From Bilabrum cf. latius (Eukaryota): a DNA stretch of 64,000 nt. The stretch spans positions 496,001 through 560,000 of the forward strand of contig OZ237752.1 in NCBI GenBank assembly GCA_965178125.1. Reading direction: 5' to 3'. Positions 36,514-48,465 of this stretch are shown piece after piece. Every line of letters starts with the position of its first letter. Position 1 is the first letter of the stretch. The notes beneath the pieces are model-generated. The model made no database searches and was not told the DNA's origin. It saw only the letters and a program-made list of their open reading frames with translations. Made by a program: the position numbers and the translations under genes.

Positions 36514-39500
36514 ATGCCCAAAGGGCGCCAGAACCGGCGCGATGCCGGTTCGAAGCGCTCGAATAAAGTGAAATAGACAGTTTCAAGTCATGGAGCTCCA
36601 TCAGACGAGGAGGACGTGCTTGATACTTGGACATCCATCCCGTCGTTGCCTTCCCGCTCCGATGGCTTCCAAGATGTCCAGTACAAGTCGGCGAGAGCCG
36701 AGACGCAGAAATGGCAGAAAGAAGAGATAATGGATGTCAATCCAGGGCTGCAAGGCCTTGGAATGCTCTCGTTTGAGGTGCTCGACCTGACACAGGACGA
36801 GGCTCGTGCGATTACCGACGTCGACCCCGCAGCTGCAGGCCACAGGGGCTCCACGAAAGCTGAACTGAAGTCCGCAAGCTCTAGTAAGGCAAGTAGTGGT
36901 GCCTCACACGATCATTTGCCGGTATCCGGCGCTAAACGCCCGTCTCGAAGCTCTGCTGCGTCTGAAGGAACAGGTAGCTCGGCGCGCAATGCAGCCGGAA
37001 AGAAACGCAAGCGGGATAGCAGCAAACAATCAGGTTAGCGAAACGCATATGATTCTGCTGATGACAGCAGTGATGACTTGTTTGAAGCTACTGCTAAGGA
37101 GTGGGCACCGCTGCGACTGCACCCGCTGTTGATTCGAGGTCTGGCACGGCTTGGCTTCACTAGTCCGACTCCAATCCAGTTGGGCTGCGTACCTCAGGCA
37201 ACTATGAAACAAAAGGTAAGACATGTGTACCTCTGCTGCTGTTATGTTTGTGTAACTTCTGTATGGGCAATGACGATTGGAATTAACCCAGCTCGCTTGG
37301 ACATGGATTCGACACTCATGGATGAAGAGCAATCTCGTGCAATCTCACACCCGCACGTTTCGGAGCCTTTCGTATACAGAAGTTTTTTGTTTGATTGACC
37401 GTGCTTCGTACTCGTCCGTTGCGTGCAACCATCGTGGTGTGCTTCTTCGATCCCTGCTATCCCATCGCAGGATGTAGTAGCTGCCGCTGAGACTGGCAGC
37501 GGAAAGACGTTGGCGTTTGGTCTTCCCCTGCTCCACGGAATTATCGAACGCCGACTTCGTGCAGGCATGGGCGTCCTCGCGAGCGGGCAGTCGCCTCCGA
37601 CCGCGGACGAGATCGAGGCATGTGAAAGGCACGGCGGAATCGAAGGCGTGGTGCCCTACAGCAAGGGGACATCGGAGAGGAGGCGCAAGGCGGGGTGGTA
37701 CGAACCCCAAGATGCCAGGCCCCGGTGGTCTAAGCTGCCTGCGCTCGTCATGTGTCCCACGCGAGAGCTGGCCCTGCAGGTCCGAAGCCACCTGGCCGCT
37801 GCAGCGGAGGGGCTGCTCGTCCGGGTCGGTGCTGTGGTGGGCGGCCTCTCCCAGGTCAAGCAGGAACGCGTGCTGGCCCAGCGGCCGGACATTATCGTGG
37901 CCACTCCTGGCCGTCTGTGGGAGATGCACGTGCAGGGAGCGGCCTATCTCTCCGACCTGAGCAGGCTGCAGTACCTGGTGCTGGATGAAGCCGACCGCAT
38001 GGTGGACAGGGGCAGGTTCCAAGAGCTCGCTTCTCTTCTGGCAGAGGTTAATGCTCCCTCCAAGTCGTTAGAACAAACCTACGACAGCGTGCTACTCGCC
38101 ATGCAGGCCGAGAAGGCCAGCAGGGCGGCCAGCAGCGGTGCAGGGGATGATGATGATGATGGCGAAGCGGCCGGCAGCGATGCTGAGCGCGTCGAGGAGC
38201 TTGATGAAGGGGCATCAGACAGCGATGCACCCCCCGCGTCTAAGAAGAGGCGCAAGGGCAAGGCCCAGAAGAAGAAGGTCAAGTCCAAACAACAGGCCAA
38301 GACGAGACACACAGTGCTGGTGGACCCGCCCAGTGGCACACGCAGGAGGACCTTCCTGTTCAGTGCCACGCTGGCATTCGCCGCGGCAGGCACGTCGTCC
38401 GACATGGCAGAGACGCTGGTGCGGGCAAAACTGGCGGCCAGGGCGCGCGCAGACAAGCGCAGGGCCGGCACGGAGGGCGGAGGGGACCTGGTGGCAGCTC
38501 AGGAGGGCAGTCGTCAGGCGGACCGCGTTACCAAGAAAGCCAGGCGGAGGATGCTGGAGGAAGCTAGGAGGACGAGTGCCCTCGTTGGCCTGTTAAGGCA
38601 CGTGGGCGCTTCGGAACACCCGGCTATGGTCCGCGTGGCGAAAGCCAGCGAGGTCGAGGCGGCGTCTGCCTTGGCCTCGGAAGAGGCCATGGAGAGCCTG
38701 GCCAAGATCTCGCTGCGAGTGGGAGAAGATGTTATTCTCAGGGGCGAGCACGCCCTGAAGCCCCTGTCGGACCTAGTGAATGCCAGCGAGGCAGAGCAGG
38801 CACCTGCGAAGTAGTCGGCGCGGATCGCAGACAGCTCCAAGGGGACCTCGGCAGCGGCAGCCGCGGCCAAGAAGAGAACCGCAGCCTCAGCCCTCACCCT
38901 GCCATCCAGCCTGAAGCTGGCCAAGATGTCGGTAGCCGAAGACGAGAAGGACGCGGCCCTGTACTATTTCCTGAGTACTCACCCGGGAAGGACGCTCGTG
39001 TTTGTGAACCGCATCGGGCAGACGAGGCGGCTGGCGGGGCTACTGGGTCTGCTGCGCATGCCAGTGCATGCGCTGCACGCCAAGATGCAGCAGCGGCAGC
39101 GCCTCAAGAGCCTCGAGCGGTTCCAGCGTGAAGACGGGAGCGTGCTGGTGGCAACTGACGTGGCTGCTCGCGGCCTGGACATCCCCGGCGTGACACACGT
39201 GGTGCACTACGACGTGGCCATCGACCCCGAGACCTTCGTGCACCGCAGCGGGCGCACGGCAAGGGCATCCAAGGAGGGCCAAGCGCTCACCCTGGTGGAC
39301 CCGGCCTCCCACTCCCGGTACGTGAGGTGCTGTCTGGCCTGCGGGCTAGAGGGTGGCATGGACACGATGGAGGTGGACTCTAGGTTCAAGAGGCAGGTGG
39401 ACGACAGGGTGTACGCCGCGGGTCAGGTATGGAAAATCGAGTCCAAGAAAACCCGCGCGGCCACGAAGGCGTCGTGGGTCTAGCGGCAGGCGGGCGCCAT

Positions 39501-40140
39501 GGACTTGGACGTTGACGAGCTGACCGCCAAGGAGGCCGGCTTGAGCACGAGGGCCGTGGATGGAGACTCTGAGTCGGACGACGAGAGCAAGGTGATGCGC
39601 AGCAGGGAGGCAAAGAAGGAGGCGAAGGCGCTCAAACGGTGGAAGGGACAGCTGTCCCGGCTGCTGGGTGAGCGGTTTCTTCCCGCCGGCGTGTCGCAGC
39701 GCTTCGTGGCTGATGGTGCGGTGCAGGCGTCCCTCGCCGGCGCCTCATCCATGCGGCCGGGTGCAGCTGGGCCGGCCCGGGGAGGCGCGGGCGCGCAGCA
39801 GGATGGAAACGAGGACGATGAAATGCCAAGCGATGCCTCGGAGCTCGAGTGGGAGTCTGGGAGCGACGAGGACGAGGACGAAGAGGTGGACGAGCGGTCC
39901 GCGCCGTCGTCGTCAGCCTCGTCCAGCCTGGTCGCACGGCCGGCCCCTCGTTCCGGAATCGTAGCTGCGGTCGCGCCGGGGGCTGCGTCAAACGTTATCG
40001 TCTAGTCCATCCCGTCCATTGTTGCGCGGTCGGGCAAGTCAAGTCGTGTTCGCAGACTGCAGGCTGCTGCAAAGAGCGCAGCTGGTGTGGTATCTGCAAG
40101 GCGAGGCAGGAAGACTGGGAGGCTACCAGGTGCAAACTGA
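36514..40140 (+). CDS. DDX24: DEAD-box RNA helicase DDX24/MAK5; intron 37216-37470; 5 in-frame TAG
   Basis: Q-motif GFTSPTPIQ, AAETGSGKT, PTRELA, TPGRLW, DEADRM, FSAT, HPGRTLVFVN, ARGLD, HRSGRTARA. TAG at 36574, 37036, 38812, 39481, 40003; ends TGA. Confidence 0.9.
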
Positions 40141-40310
40141 ATGTGCATGCAGCCGAAACAAATTAATCTTAATGTCGATCTGTCCATCGCATAACCAAAT
40201 CAAACTGTAAGCCACCGTAATTTGTCGACCTCCAGCACAAGCACTCCTTCCTCGGGTGCAGTGCGTTTCGACCAGTTAGGACTCCGGATTCCAGGTAGGT
40301 AGCCCCCACG

Positions 40311-43300
40311 TCAGTCCATGGATCTGACGTCGAACCCAGAGTACGTGAAAGGCAGCCCGTGACTGGAGTTGCGAGTGCGTTCCGGGCTCTCGGCCTCGCT
40401 GAGGCCCTCGTCATCAACCTGCTGGGCGATTTGCTATGCCCTCTGGCCAGCAGCAGCACCAGAGCGGTCTTGCGGCTCAGCCAGATCATCGTGGGCATCG
40501 TCGCCTATCGTCACTTCCCCTTCGGACTGCCCTTCATCTGCTACCACGCCAGGAGACTCTGCCGCAGATGCGCCTCGTCCTGTCCCTGCAACAGCCGCCG
40601 TGGACTCGAGCGCGCCGCTGACTCCCTGGGGCACTTCATCATGGACGCCGCCAGAAGCGCGGTAGTGCATTGCACTTTCACCCTCTGGCACAACAGCCTC
40701 AGACACACCTTCAGGGATGGCCCCTTCTGACACACCTTCCGGCATCGCACTCTCTGACGCACCCTCCGGCATCGCGGCACCAGAAGCAAATCCGAGCCCG
40801 CCGGACAGCGGACTAGACCCCAGCTGGGGACCACCCGTCTTGTACTGCTTCCACGCATGCTAGATGACGAACGCAGCGGCTAGCTTATCGATATCATCCT
40901 GATCGTCTCCCTCGGATTCGACCCTCCACCACCGCTGGATCAGCAGCGCGGCTTCCTCGCGATCCCTCGTGGATGCAGCGGCTGGCTCAGCTGGGGGCTA
41001 CGCTGGTTGGCTGCTGGCAGCCTCTTGTTGCGGAGCACCATATTCTTCGCCTGGTCCGCTACGCTCCGAAGAGCTCTTCTCTGTAGCACCAGAGTCAGCT
41101 CCATGCTCCAATTGCGCTGGTGGTTCAGTTTGCGGAACATGACCCTGGGAGGCAGCGGCAGCCAAGTTGTTGCCAGCACCGTCGTGCTGCAGCCTAGCTT
41201 TGTACATGTTCCGGGTAACAAAGCCGCGCCCGGCGGCCTGAATCATAGTTGCGGCTTGCTACTGCTTGCGCGCTGCTTCTTCCTCCTCGGCCTACTTGCG
41301 CGCTGCTTCTTTCTCCTCGGCCTGCTTGCGCGCTGCTTCTTCCTCCTCGGCCTACTTGCGCGCTGCTTCTTTCTCCTCGGCCTGCTTGCGCGCTGCTTCC
41401 TCCTCCTCGGCCTACTTGCGCGCTGCTTCCTCCTCCTCGGCCAGCCTTCGTGCGTCATCTCGCATACTGGCCAATCTCCGTCGAGCACCCCAACCTCTTG
41501 CTGCAGCCTATATACACGTAGCGCACTCATCCCTGGCAAGACTAGCAGCCATCACCGATCGCAACTCAGCGCTCATGCGCCGCCCCTGGCTGCCCCGGTA
41601 CACGCGCTGGATCGCGCCTGCCGATGCCTCACGCTCCTGCGCAGCACACACACGAGCGCGCGCCTCCCCCATGCGACGCCGAGCCAGCCACTGACGCACC
41701 GCGCACTGAGCACGCACAGCCTGCTCTTCCCGCAGACTAGCCATGGCTGCATCTGCACGCAGACCCGCGCTCATGCGCCGCCCCTGGCTGCCCCGGTACA
41801 CGCGCTGGATCGCGCCTGCCGATGCCTCACGCTCCTGCGCAGCACGCACACGATCGCGCGCCTCACCCATGCGACGCCGAGCCAGCCACTGACGCACCGC
41901 GCACTGAGCACGCACAGCCTGCGCTTCCCGCAGACTAGCCATGGCTGCATCTGCACGCAGACCCGCGCTCATGCGCCGCCCCTGGCTGCCCCGGTACACG
42001 CGCTGGATCGCGCCTGCCGATGCCTCACGCTCCTGCGCAGCACGCACACGATCGCGCGCCTCACCCATGCGACGCCGAGCCAGCCACTGGCGCACCGCGC
42101 ACTGAGCACGCACAGCCTGCGCTTCCCGCAGACTAGCCATGGCTGCATCTGCACGCAGACCCGCGCTCATGCGCCGCCCCTGGCTGCCCCGGTACACGCG
42201 CTGGATCGCGCCTGCCGATGCCTCACGCTCCTGCGCAGCGCGCACACGATCGCGCGCCTCCCCCATGCGACGCCGAGCCAGCCACTGACGCACCGCGCAC
42301 TGAGCACGCACAGCCTGCTCTTCCCGCAGACTCGCCATGGCTGCGTCTGCACGCAGACCCGCACTCATGCGCCGCCCCTGGCTGCCCCGGTACACGCGCT
42401 GGATCGCGCCTGCCGATGCCTCACGCTCCTGCGCGGCACGCACACGATCGCGCGCCTCCCCCATGCGACGCCGAGCCAGCCACTGACGCACCGCGCACTG
42501 TGCACGCACAGCCTGCTCTTCCCGCAGACTCGCCATGGCTGCATCTGCACGCAGACCTGCACTCATGCGCCGCCCCTGGCTGCCCCGATACACGCGCTGG
42601 ATCGCGCCTGCCGATGCCTCACGCTCCTGCGCGGCACGCACACGATCGCGCGCCTCCCCCATGCGACGCCGAGCCAGCCACTGACGCACCGCGCACTGAG
42701 CACGCACAGCCTGCTCTTCCCGCAGACTCGCCATGGCTGCATCTGCACGCAGACCCGCACTCATGCGCCGCCCCTGGCTGCCCCGGTACACGCGCTGGAT
42801 CGCGCCTGCCGATGCCTCACGCTCCTGCGCAGCGCGCACACGATCGCGCGCCTCACCCATGCGACGCCGAGCCAGCCACTGGCGCACCGCGCACTGAGCA
42901 CGCACAGCCTGCGCTTCCCGCAGACTCGCCATGGCTGCGTCTGCACGCAGACCCGCACTCATGCGCCGCCCCTGGCTGCCCCGGTACACGCGCTGGATCG
43001 CGCCTGCCGATGCCTCACGCTCCTGCGCGGCACGCACACGATCGCGCGCCTCCCCCATGCGACGCCGAGCCAGCCACTGACGCACCGCGCACTGAGCACG
43101 CACAGCCTGCTCTTCCCGCAGACTCGCCATGGCTGCATCTGCACGCAGACCCGCGCTCATGCGCCGCCCCTGGCTGCCCCGGTACACGCGCTGGATCGCG
43201 CCTGCCGATGCCTCACGCTCCTGCGCAGCACGCACACGATCGCGCGCCTCACCCATGCGACGCCGAGCCAGCCACTGGCGCACCGCGCACTGAGCACGCA

Positions 43301-46300
43301 CAGCCTGCGCTTCCCGCAGACTCGCCATGGCTGCGTCTGCACGCAGACCCGCGCTCATGCGCCGCCCCTGGCTGCCCCGGTACACGCGCTGGATCGCGCC
43401 TGCCGATGCCTCACGCTCCTGCGCAGCACACACACGATCGCGCGCCTCCCCCATGCGACGCCGAGCCAGCCACTGACGCACCGCGCACTAAATAGAGGTA
43501 GCAGACGATGATTGTGCTTGGTGCAACTGCACTTTAGCTCGCTGTTCGCTCGCCTTCCGTCTTCCCAGCCATCCTCTGGTGATGGCCTGGGCAGAAACCG
43601 CCGTGCGCGTGCGCTTTTGTGCCAGCTCGGCTTGCTTCTGCCTGCGTCGCATTGCGTGCCGCACTCGTGCGCCACGCACCATAGACTGCATCCTGCACAG
43701 GCACCACATCCCATCAATCCATGCCTGGGCCCGCATGCGCCCTCTGTGTCCCCGCCATGCCTTCTAGATCTCCACAGCGCACTGATCTTCCTGCACCTGT
43801 ACCCTGGTGAGGTAGTTCTCCACCGTGCGGTGCACGTCCGGCGATGCGACCGAGGGATCCCGCGGGCGCCCGCTCCCCTCTGGGTCCGTGAGTGCCTTCC
43901 ACATCGGCGTGTAGCTGGCCGGTAGCCACGCCTCGAACTCTTTACTGACTACGACCTTGAGAGGTTTCGTCTTTGGCAGCTTGCTGGCCGACACCCTGCT
44001 GCTGGTGCTGCCAGCGGCAGAGTCTCGCCGAGATCTGGTTTTGGTGCCTCGGCGCTTGGGCCTCTCCTCCTCTTCGTCGTCTGCTGACACCTCCAGCTCT
44101 GCCGGTTCTTCTCCTGAATGGGCGATGCCGTGCAGTGAACCTCTCATTGGCTAGGTCTCTTTCCTGTCGCTGATAACAACTTTATTTGCACTGACGGCTG
44201 CGGGCACTGGCTAGACCGGGCTCGAACCATCACCAGGAGACAAGGGCCGCTGCGCGCTCGCTGAGGGCAGCTCCCGTGGCAGCTATCGAATGGGCCCGGT
44301 CACCACCGCATCAACGGTCCTTGCACCTCTATGAGCAGACCCAGTGTGCGGGTCCTCGTGACCGTCCGCAATACCGTCAGACGGTTGCGCAAGGAGGGAT
44401 GACGAGGCGAGGTAGGGCACCGCTGCATCTCGCTGTGCCTGCACCTGAAGGTTGATCCCTGTTTGTCGTGAGTGGGACTTTGACGAAGAGGATACTTTTG
44501 TCGAGCGGCTCGGACGAAACCCTCCGGTCATGCTGAGCGGGTCAGTTGTATCCAGCTTGCCACCAGCAAACGGTGACGGATGCGGGTTGAGGTGCTTCAG
44601 CTGCTTTGATATGGGCTCGTTTCCTTGCGCTTTCTCTCGAAGTCGGCGTGAAGCAGCCGCGGCTTGCAGCACTGAGGCGGGGTCGTCGTGCTTGTGCTTC
44701 CCTCCGAGTGCCTCCTCGAGGCGACTCTCCACCAGCGGGCCTCGTTTCTGCATCGATCGGGGGAGCACCTTCGTGGCCAGTCGAGAGGACAGCCCTGCGC
44801 CAGGGGCCGGCAGGGCAGGGGCAGGCAGGGCACTCAAGGAGGCAGTGGCCTCGTTCATCACACTGCGCTTGCTGTCCTGCAGGACCGATCGACGGAGCCT
44901 GCGAATGTCCTTTGGGTTGTTGAGATCGATTGGCCTCCGACGTGCTTTGGATGGCCTGCGTTTGCCAGCCGACCCGGCGGGTGCGGCAGAACGGCTCGGG
45001 ACTCTCGATTCAGCTTCTGAGTCCGAGCTGGTTGTGGCGCAGTCTGCCTCTGCCTCTTGCAGGACTCGCCGCCGCACCAAGTGGTTGTCAAACACTCGTG
45101 CGTCTGGCTTGGCTGTCGAGTCAGCCCTCCTGACACCCACCGAGTGCAACCGCTTGTCAAAGGCGTGGCCACCGCGCACCCCAGGCCTTCGCATGGGCGA
45201 CAGCTCTGTGCCTGACCCAGATACGGGCCCAGCACCAGGCGCCTTGACCTGCATGCGATCTCGGCCACGTCTGGAGAACCTCTCGGGCAGCAGCACGTCC
45301 CTTGCTGGGGGCTTGCCCAGCCGCGGGTGCCCGTGTACCATCGCTGGACTGAGGCTGGGGAAGGAGGCCATGTCCTGCTGATCCACCCGTGGAGTAACGA
45401 CGGGACTGCTACCATACTCCCCGCGCAATAGCTGCTTGGCTCGTTGCCTGGGTTGAAAGCCTGCCAGACCTGCCAGGCTCCTCTGAGAGCTGCCGTGCGG
45501 ATCGCCAGTGGGCAGCTAACGCTGTGACCCACGGACCCCCCGCACCTGTGCATCCGATACCCCGGCCCCATCACGCACTTCTTCCACGAGGTCCAGCGGA
45601 TCGACACCCTCAGGAGCGTGCACTGCCCTGTGCCTCACGCCCGACTTTCTGCCGCGGCGAGCGCTGGAGAACTTGAAGGCATCGTGTGGGGGACCTGCGC
45701 CTGAATCGCCAGTGGGGGACGCCTGTGCCACTGCCTGCGGGTCACTCGTCACACGGGACGCCCAACCACTCGCTGCTGTCGTGGCTGACCACGGTCGCGT
45801 CCTGCCCACAAGTGCTGGTGGGTGTTCCCCAGCTGCCCCTGTCCCTGCCCCTGTGCGCCTCCTCTCCGACCCTGGCCCTGGCCCCTGCCCTACAGTCTCT
45901 GACACTGCCGCCGATGAGGTGGGGCTGGGCGTGTGCCCCCTAGGGAGCGGGGACACGTCCCTTCCCCCCGACGTGTGCACTTGGAGTCCGTTCCGCCCAA
46001 CCTGCGGCATTCGTGATCGTGACGAGTGCTGCGGTGGCTCGGCGGGCGCTGCTTGCGACGCCCGGGCGGCTCGCACCCCGGAGGGATTCGTGGTGTGTGC
46101 GGCCCTTCCTATGTCCGGCAGCATGTGCTCCCTCCTTCTGAACGCCTTTTCGTCTTGCATTGCCTGCCATTCGTCCCTTTCTCTCCGCCCCCACCACGCG
46201 TCATCGTTCCGCAGCCTCCTCCTCGCCTCGCTCTCCCGCGATGCTGCAGCCACCTCGGTGCCCACGGGGCCACCCACCACGGGCACCCCGTAGGCATTCA

Positions 46301-46916
46301 GGGTCGGTCTCATTGTGTAGGATACAGGGGACACAGGCTGCGGTCCATTTGTACTACGAGTGTTGCGATCACGAGGATGACCAGCAGCACGAGAGTCTGT
46401 TGCACCGGCAGGTGCAGTAGCATGAAGTGACACCCCCCCTGGCGATTTCTGCACGTGTTTGGCCGGCTATACTCGACTTTGAACGGCATAATATTCTTTC
46501 CTACCGATTGCTCGGCGATGCGTAGCGCTTCTAGGCCGAAATGCTCTGGCTGCCGGTCTCGCGTCCTCGTATGCTACTCTTGCCAAGTCGTGCGTTGCTT
46601 TGGCCCGAGCTGTGCTAGGTCGCTTCCTTCGCGAATGTTGGCTTGGTAGTCGACTCTGGTCTAGATGCTGCCCTATGCTAGCTGTTCGGTACCCTTTTTG
46701 CGGTGATGAAATGCCGGGTTGACGAGCAGTAGGCACTACGCGCACCGAGGAGCTCGGCGTGGATTGAGCTGAGCTTTGTGCTGCACCAGAGTGACTAAAT
46801 GGGCGTGCTTGTATATCATCGGTATGCCTAGAATCGTTCGACTACGCGATAGGCTTGCGACCACGAACTGCGACCACCGGTACAATGAGCAAAAATGGCG
46901 GATAGGGACGATGCAT
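40311..46916 (-). CDS. Giant IQ-motif repeat protein (about 2200 aa; start uncertain); about 16 in-frame TAG
   Basis: All ORF fragments from 46467 to 40434 share one frame joined by TAG. Many IQxxxRGxxxR motifs; ends TGA 40311. Confidence 0.8.
41255..41445 (-). repeat. 30-bp coding repeat (AEE[E/K]EAARK[Q/TAG]), about 6 copies
   Basis: TAG at 41412, 41352, 41292 alternates with CAG at 41382, 41322, 41262. Confidence 0.92.
41570..43490 (-). repeat. 198-bp (66-aa) coding tandem repeat, about 10 copies, two IQ-like motifs per unit
   Basis: Unit AIQRVYRGSQGRR...RAQCAVRQWLARRR; differences between copies are mostly synonymous. Confidence 0.93.
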
Positions 46917-47824
46917 GCAATGCTGCGGCGCTTAAGCTACCTTGAACACCAAATCTCACCTTCAGCTTCCATCCAAGCCTCTGTATGAGTCAAAAAATCT
47001 TTGGCAGCCGCAATGGTTGGTCGTGTTGCTGATGCAGCAGGAGATTCGGTAGTACTCGCCGAATTCTAACGCACGCTGTTGTGCAGCATGGACCGCAGTA
47101 ATTCTACAGTTTGAAGCATTTTGTCATAGTCGACAGACGTCTACTACATCGCTGTGCCAAGAGACAAAAAGTCGCATAGTCATGGCGGGTAGCGTGCATT
47201 TTCATCACAGCGGCTGAGCGGCACTCTGTAATTGCAGAAGAATGCCGCAGTGCGACCTGGATCATGATGGGGTGTGTGCGCAGAAAGAGGCAGATTGGCG
47301 TCGGGTTAACCAAGTGCGGCCGTCTGTAAAGCACCCATCTCCTTGTCCCCGTTCTCGCGCTTGTGGCCCGCCGGCGACAGCAAGCATCGCGATGCGCGCC
47401 TCGGCCAGTAGCGCAAAGGCGCCTTCACCAATGGAGGTTCGACCAATGGCCCTAGGCTGATGCCCCATGCATTCCCTTGCAAATGAACGTACGAGCCATA
47501 CACAGCGGGCACCGGGACCCCATACCCAGTGGGTATCTGCTAGTGGCTGAAGGTGCTGCCACGAATGCCATGTGCAGTGGATTGACGGAGTAATTTGACT
47601 CGGATCGACTGTTCAGTGAGGCGCATCCGCTAGAGCTTCCTTCGTACCCCCTTCCAATTGAGTTTAGAGACTTTGCAAAACTCTGCGTGAGCTATGTGAA
47701 CTTCCGATTTCGGTCCCTCCGTTACCACTGGTGGACGGCAGGAGCAGTGCACATTTGTCCTAGGGGTTGGCCGATATTTTGCTGCTTTTGAGCTAGTTCG
47801 TCCTGCATCCAACTCCACAGATCG

Positions 47825-48058
47825 ATGCACATATTTATCAAGACACCCGCGGATAAGACGATTAACATCGAGGTCGATCCAACTGCCACAGTAACCCAAG
47901 TCAAGGAGAAAATCTGGGATAAGGAGGGCATTCCCGTGGACATGCAGGAACTTAGCTTCAATGGGATCGACTTGGTGAACGGGAACACCCTAGAGGGCTA
48001 CATGATCGAGAGGGATTCGACACTGCACGTCGCAGTACGACAGGCTGACGGTGTGTGA
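47825..48058 (+). CDS. Divergent ubiquitin-like protein lacking the C-terminal GG
   Basis: MHIFIKT..KTINIEV...TVTQVKEKI.DKEGIP..Q.L.FNG..L....TL..Y.I..STLH; ends ADGV-TGA. A spliced 3' end cannot be excluded. Confidence 0.75.
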   Translation: MHIFIKTPADKTINIEVDPTATVTQVKEKIWDKEGIPVDMQELSFNGIDLVNGNTLEGYMIERDSTLHVAVRQADGV

Positions 48059-48465
48059 GAGAGTTGTAGCTTGGCCAGATTCGATGTTCAACTAGGTCAT
48101 CGTCTCGTTGATTGGTAAGCGGAGGACGGTGAGCGCATTAAAAGGTGGTCGCTTAAAGTGGATGCAGTGTGGGACGAAGAGTACGTCGGGATGAAAAAAC
48201 TGGAGCTCCAAGAGGAGCGTGCCGTCGGATGAGTTCTAGCAGACCCACGTGGTGCTTTTATATCTGGCTTCTTGTTGTAGTATTCGCTGAGCACCACTGG
48301 ATAGTCAAACTCACGTTCCGTGTCTGCTGGGTGACGTGGGTGACCCCTTCCCACCAAGAGCCAGGAGTCCGCGATCTGAGACGCGAATGGTAGCCGACGT
48401 ATGTATGGACCTCTTGTGCTGCTCGGCGGTGGGGATTATTGCAAGACAGGATCTAAGAAAAACAT

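Noticed and set aside
2616-40140. Interpreting TAG-interrupted genes as pseudogenes or sequencing errors
   Set aside because: The interruptions are exclusively TAG, with no frameshifts or internal TAA/TGA in host genes. They affect housekeeping genes and are shared between duplicated TE copies.
46950-47800. Short ORFs between the IQ gene and the ubiquitin-like gene
   Set aside because: No recognisable motif even with TAG read as Gln; may hold small exons or promoters.
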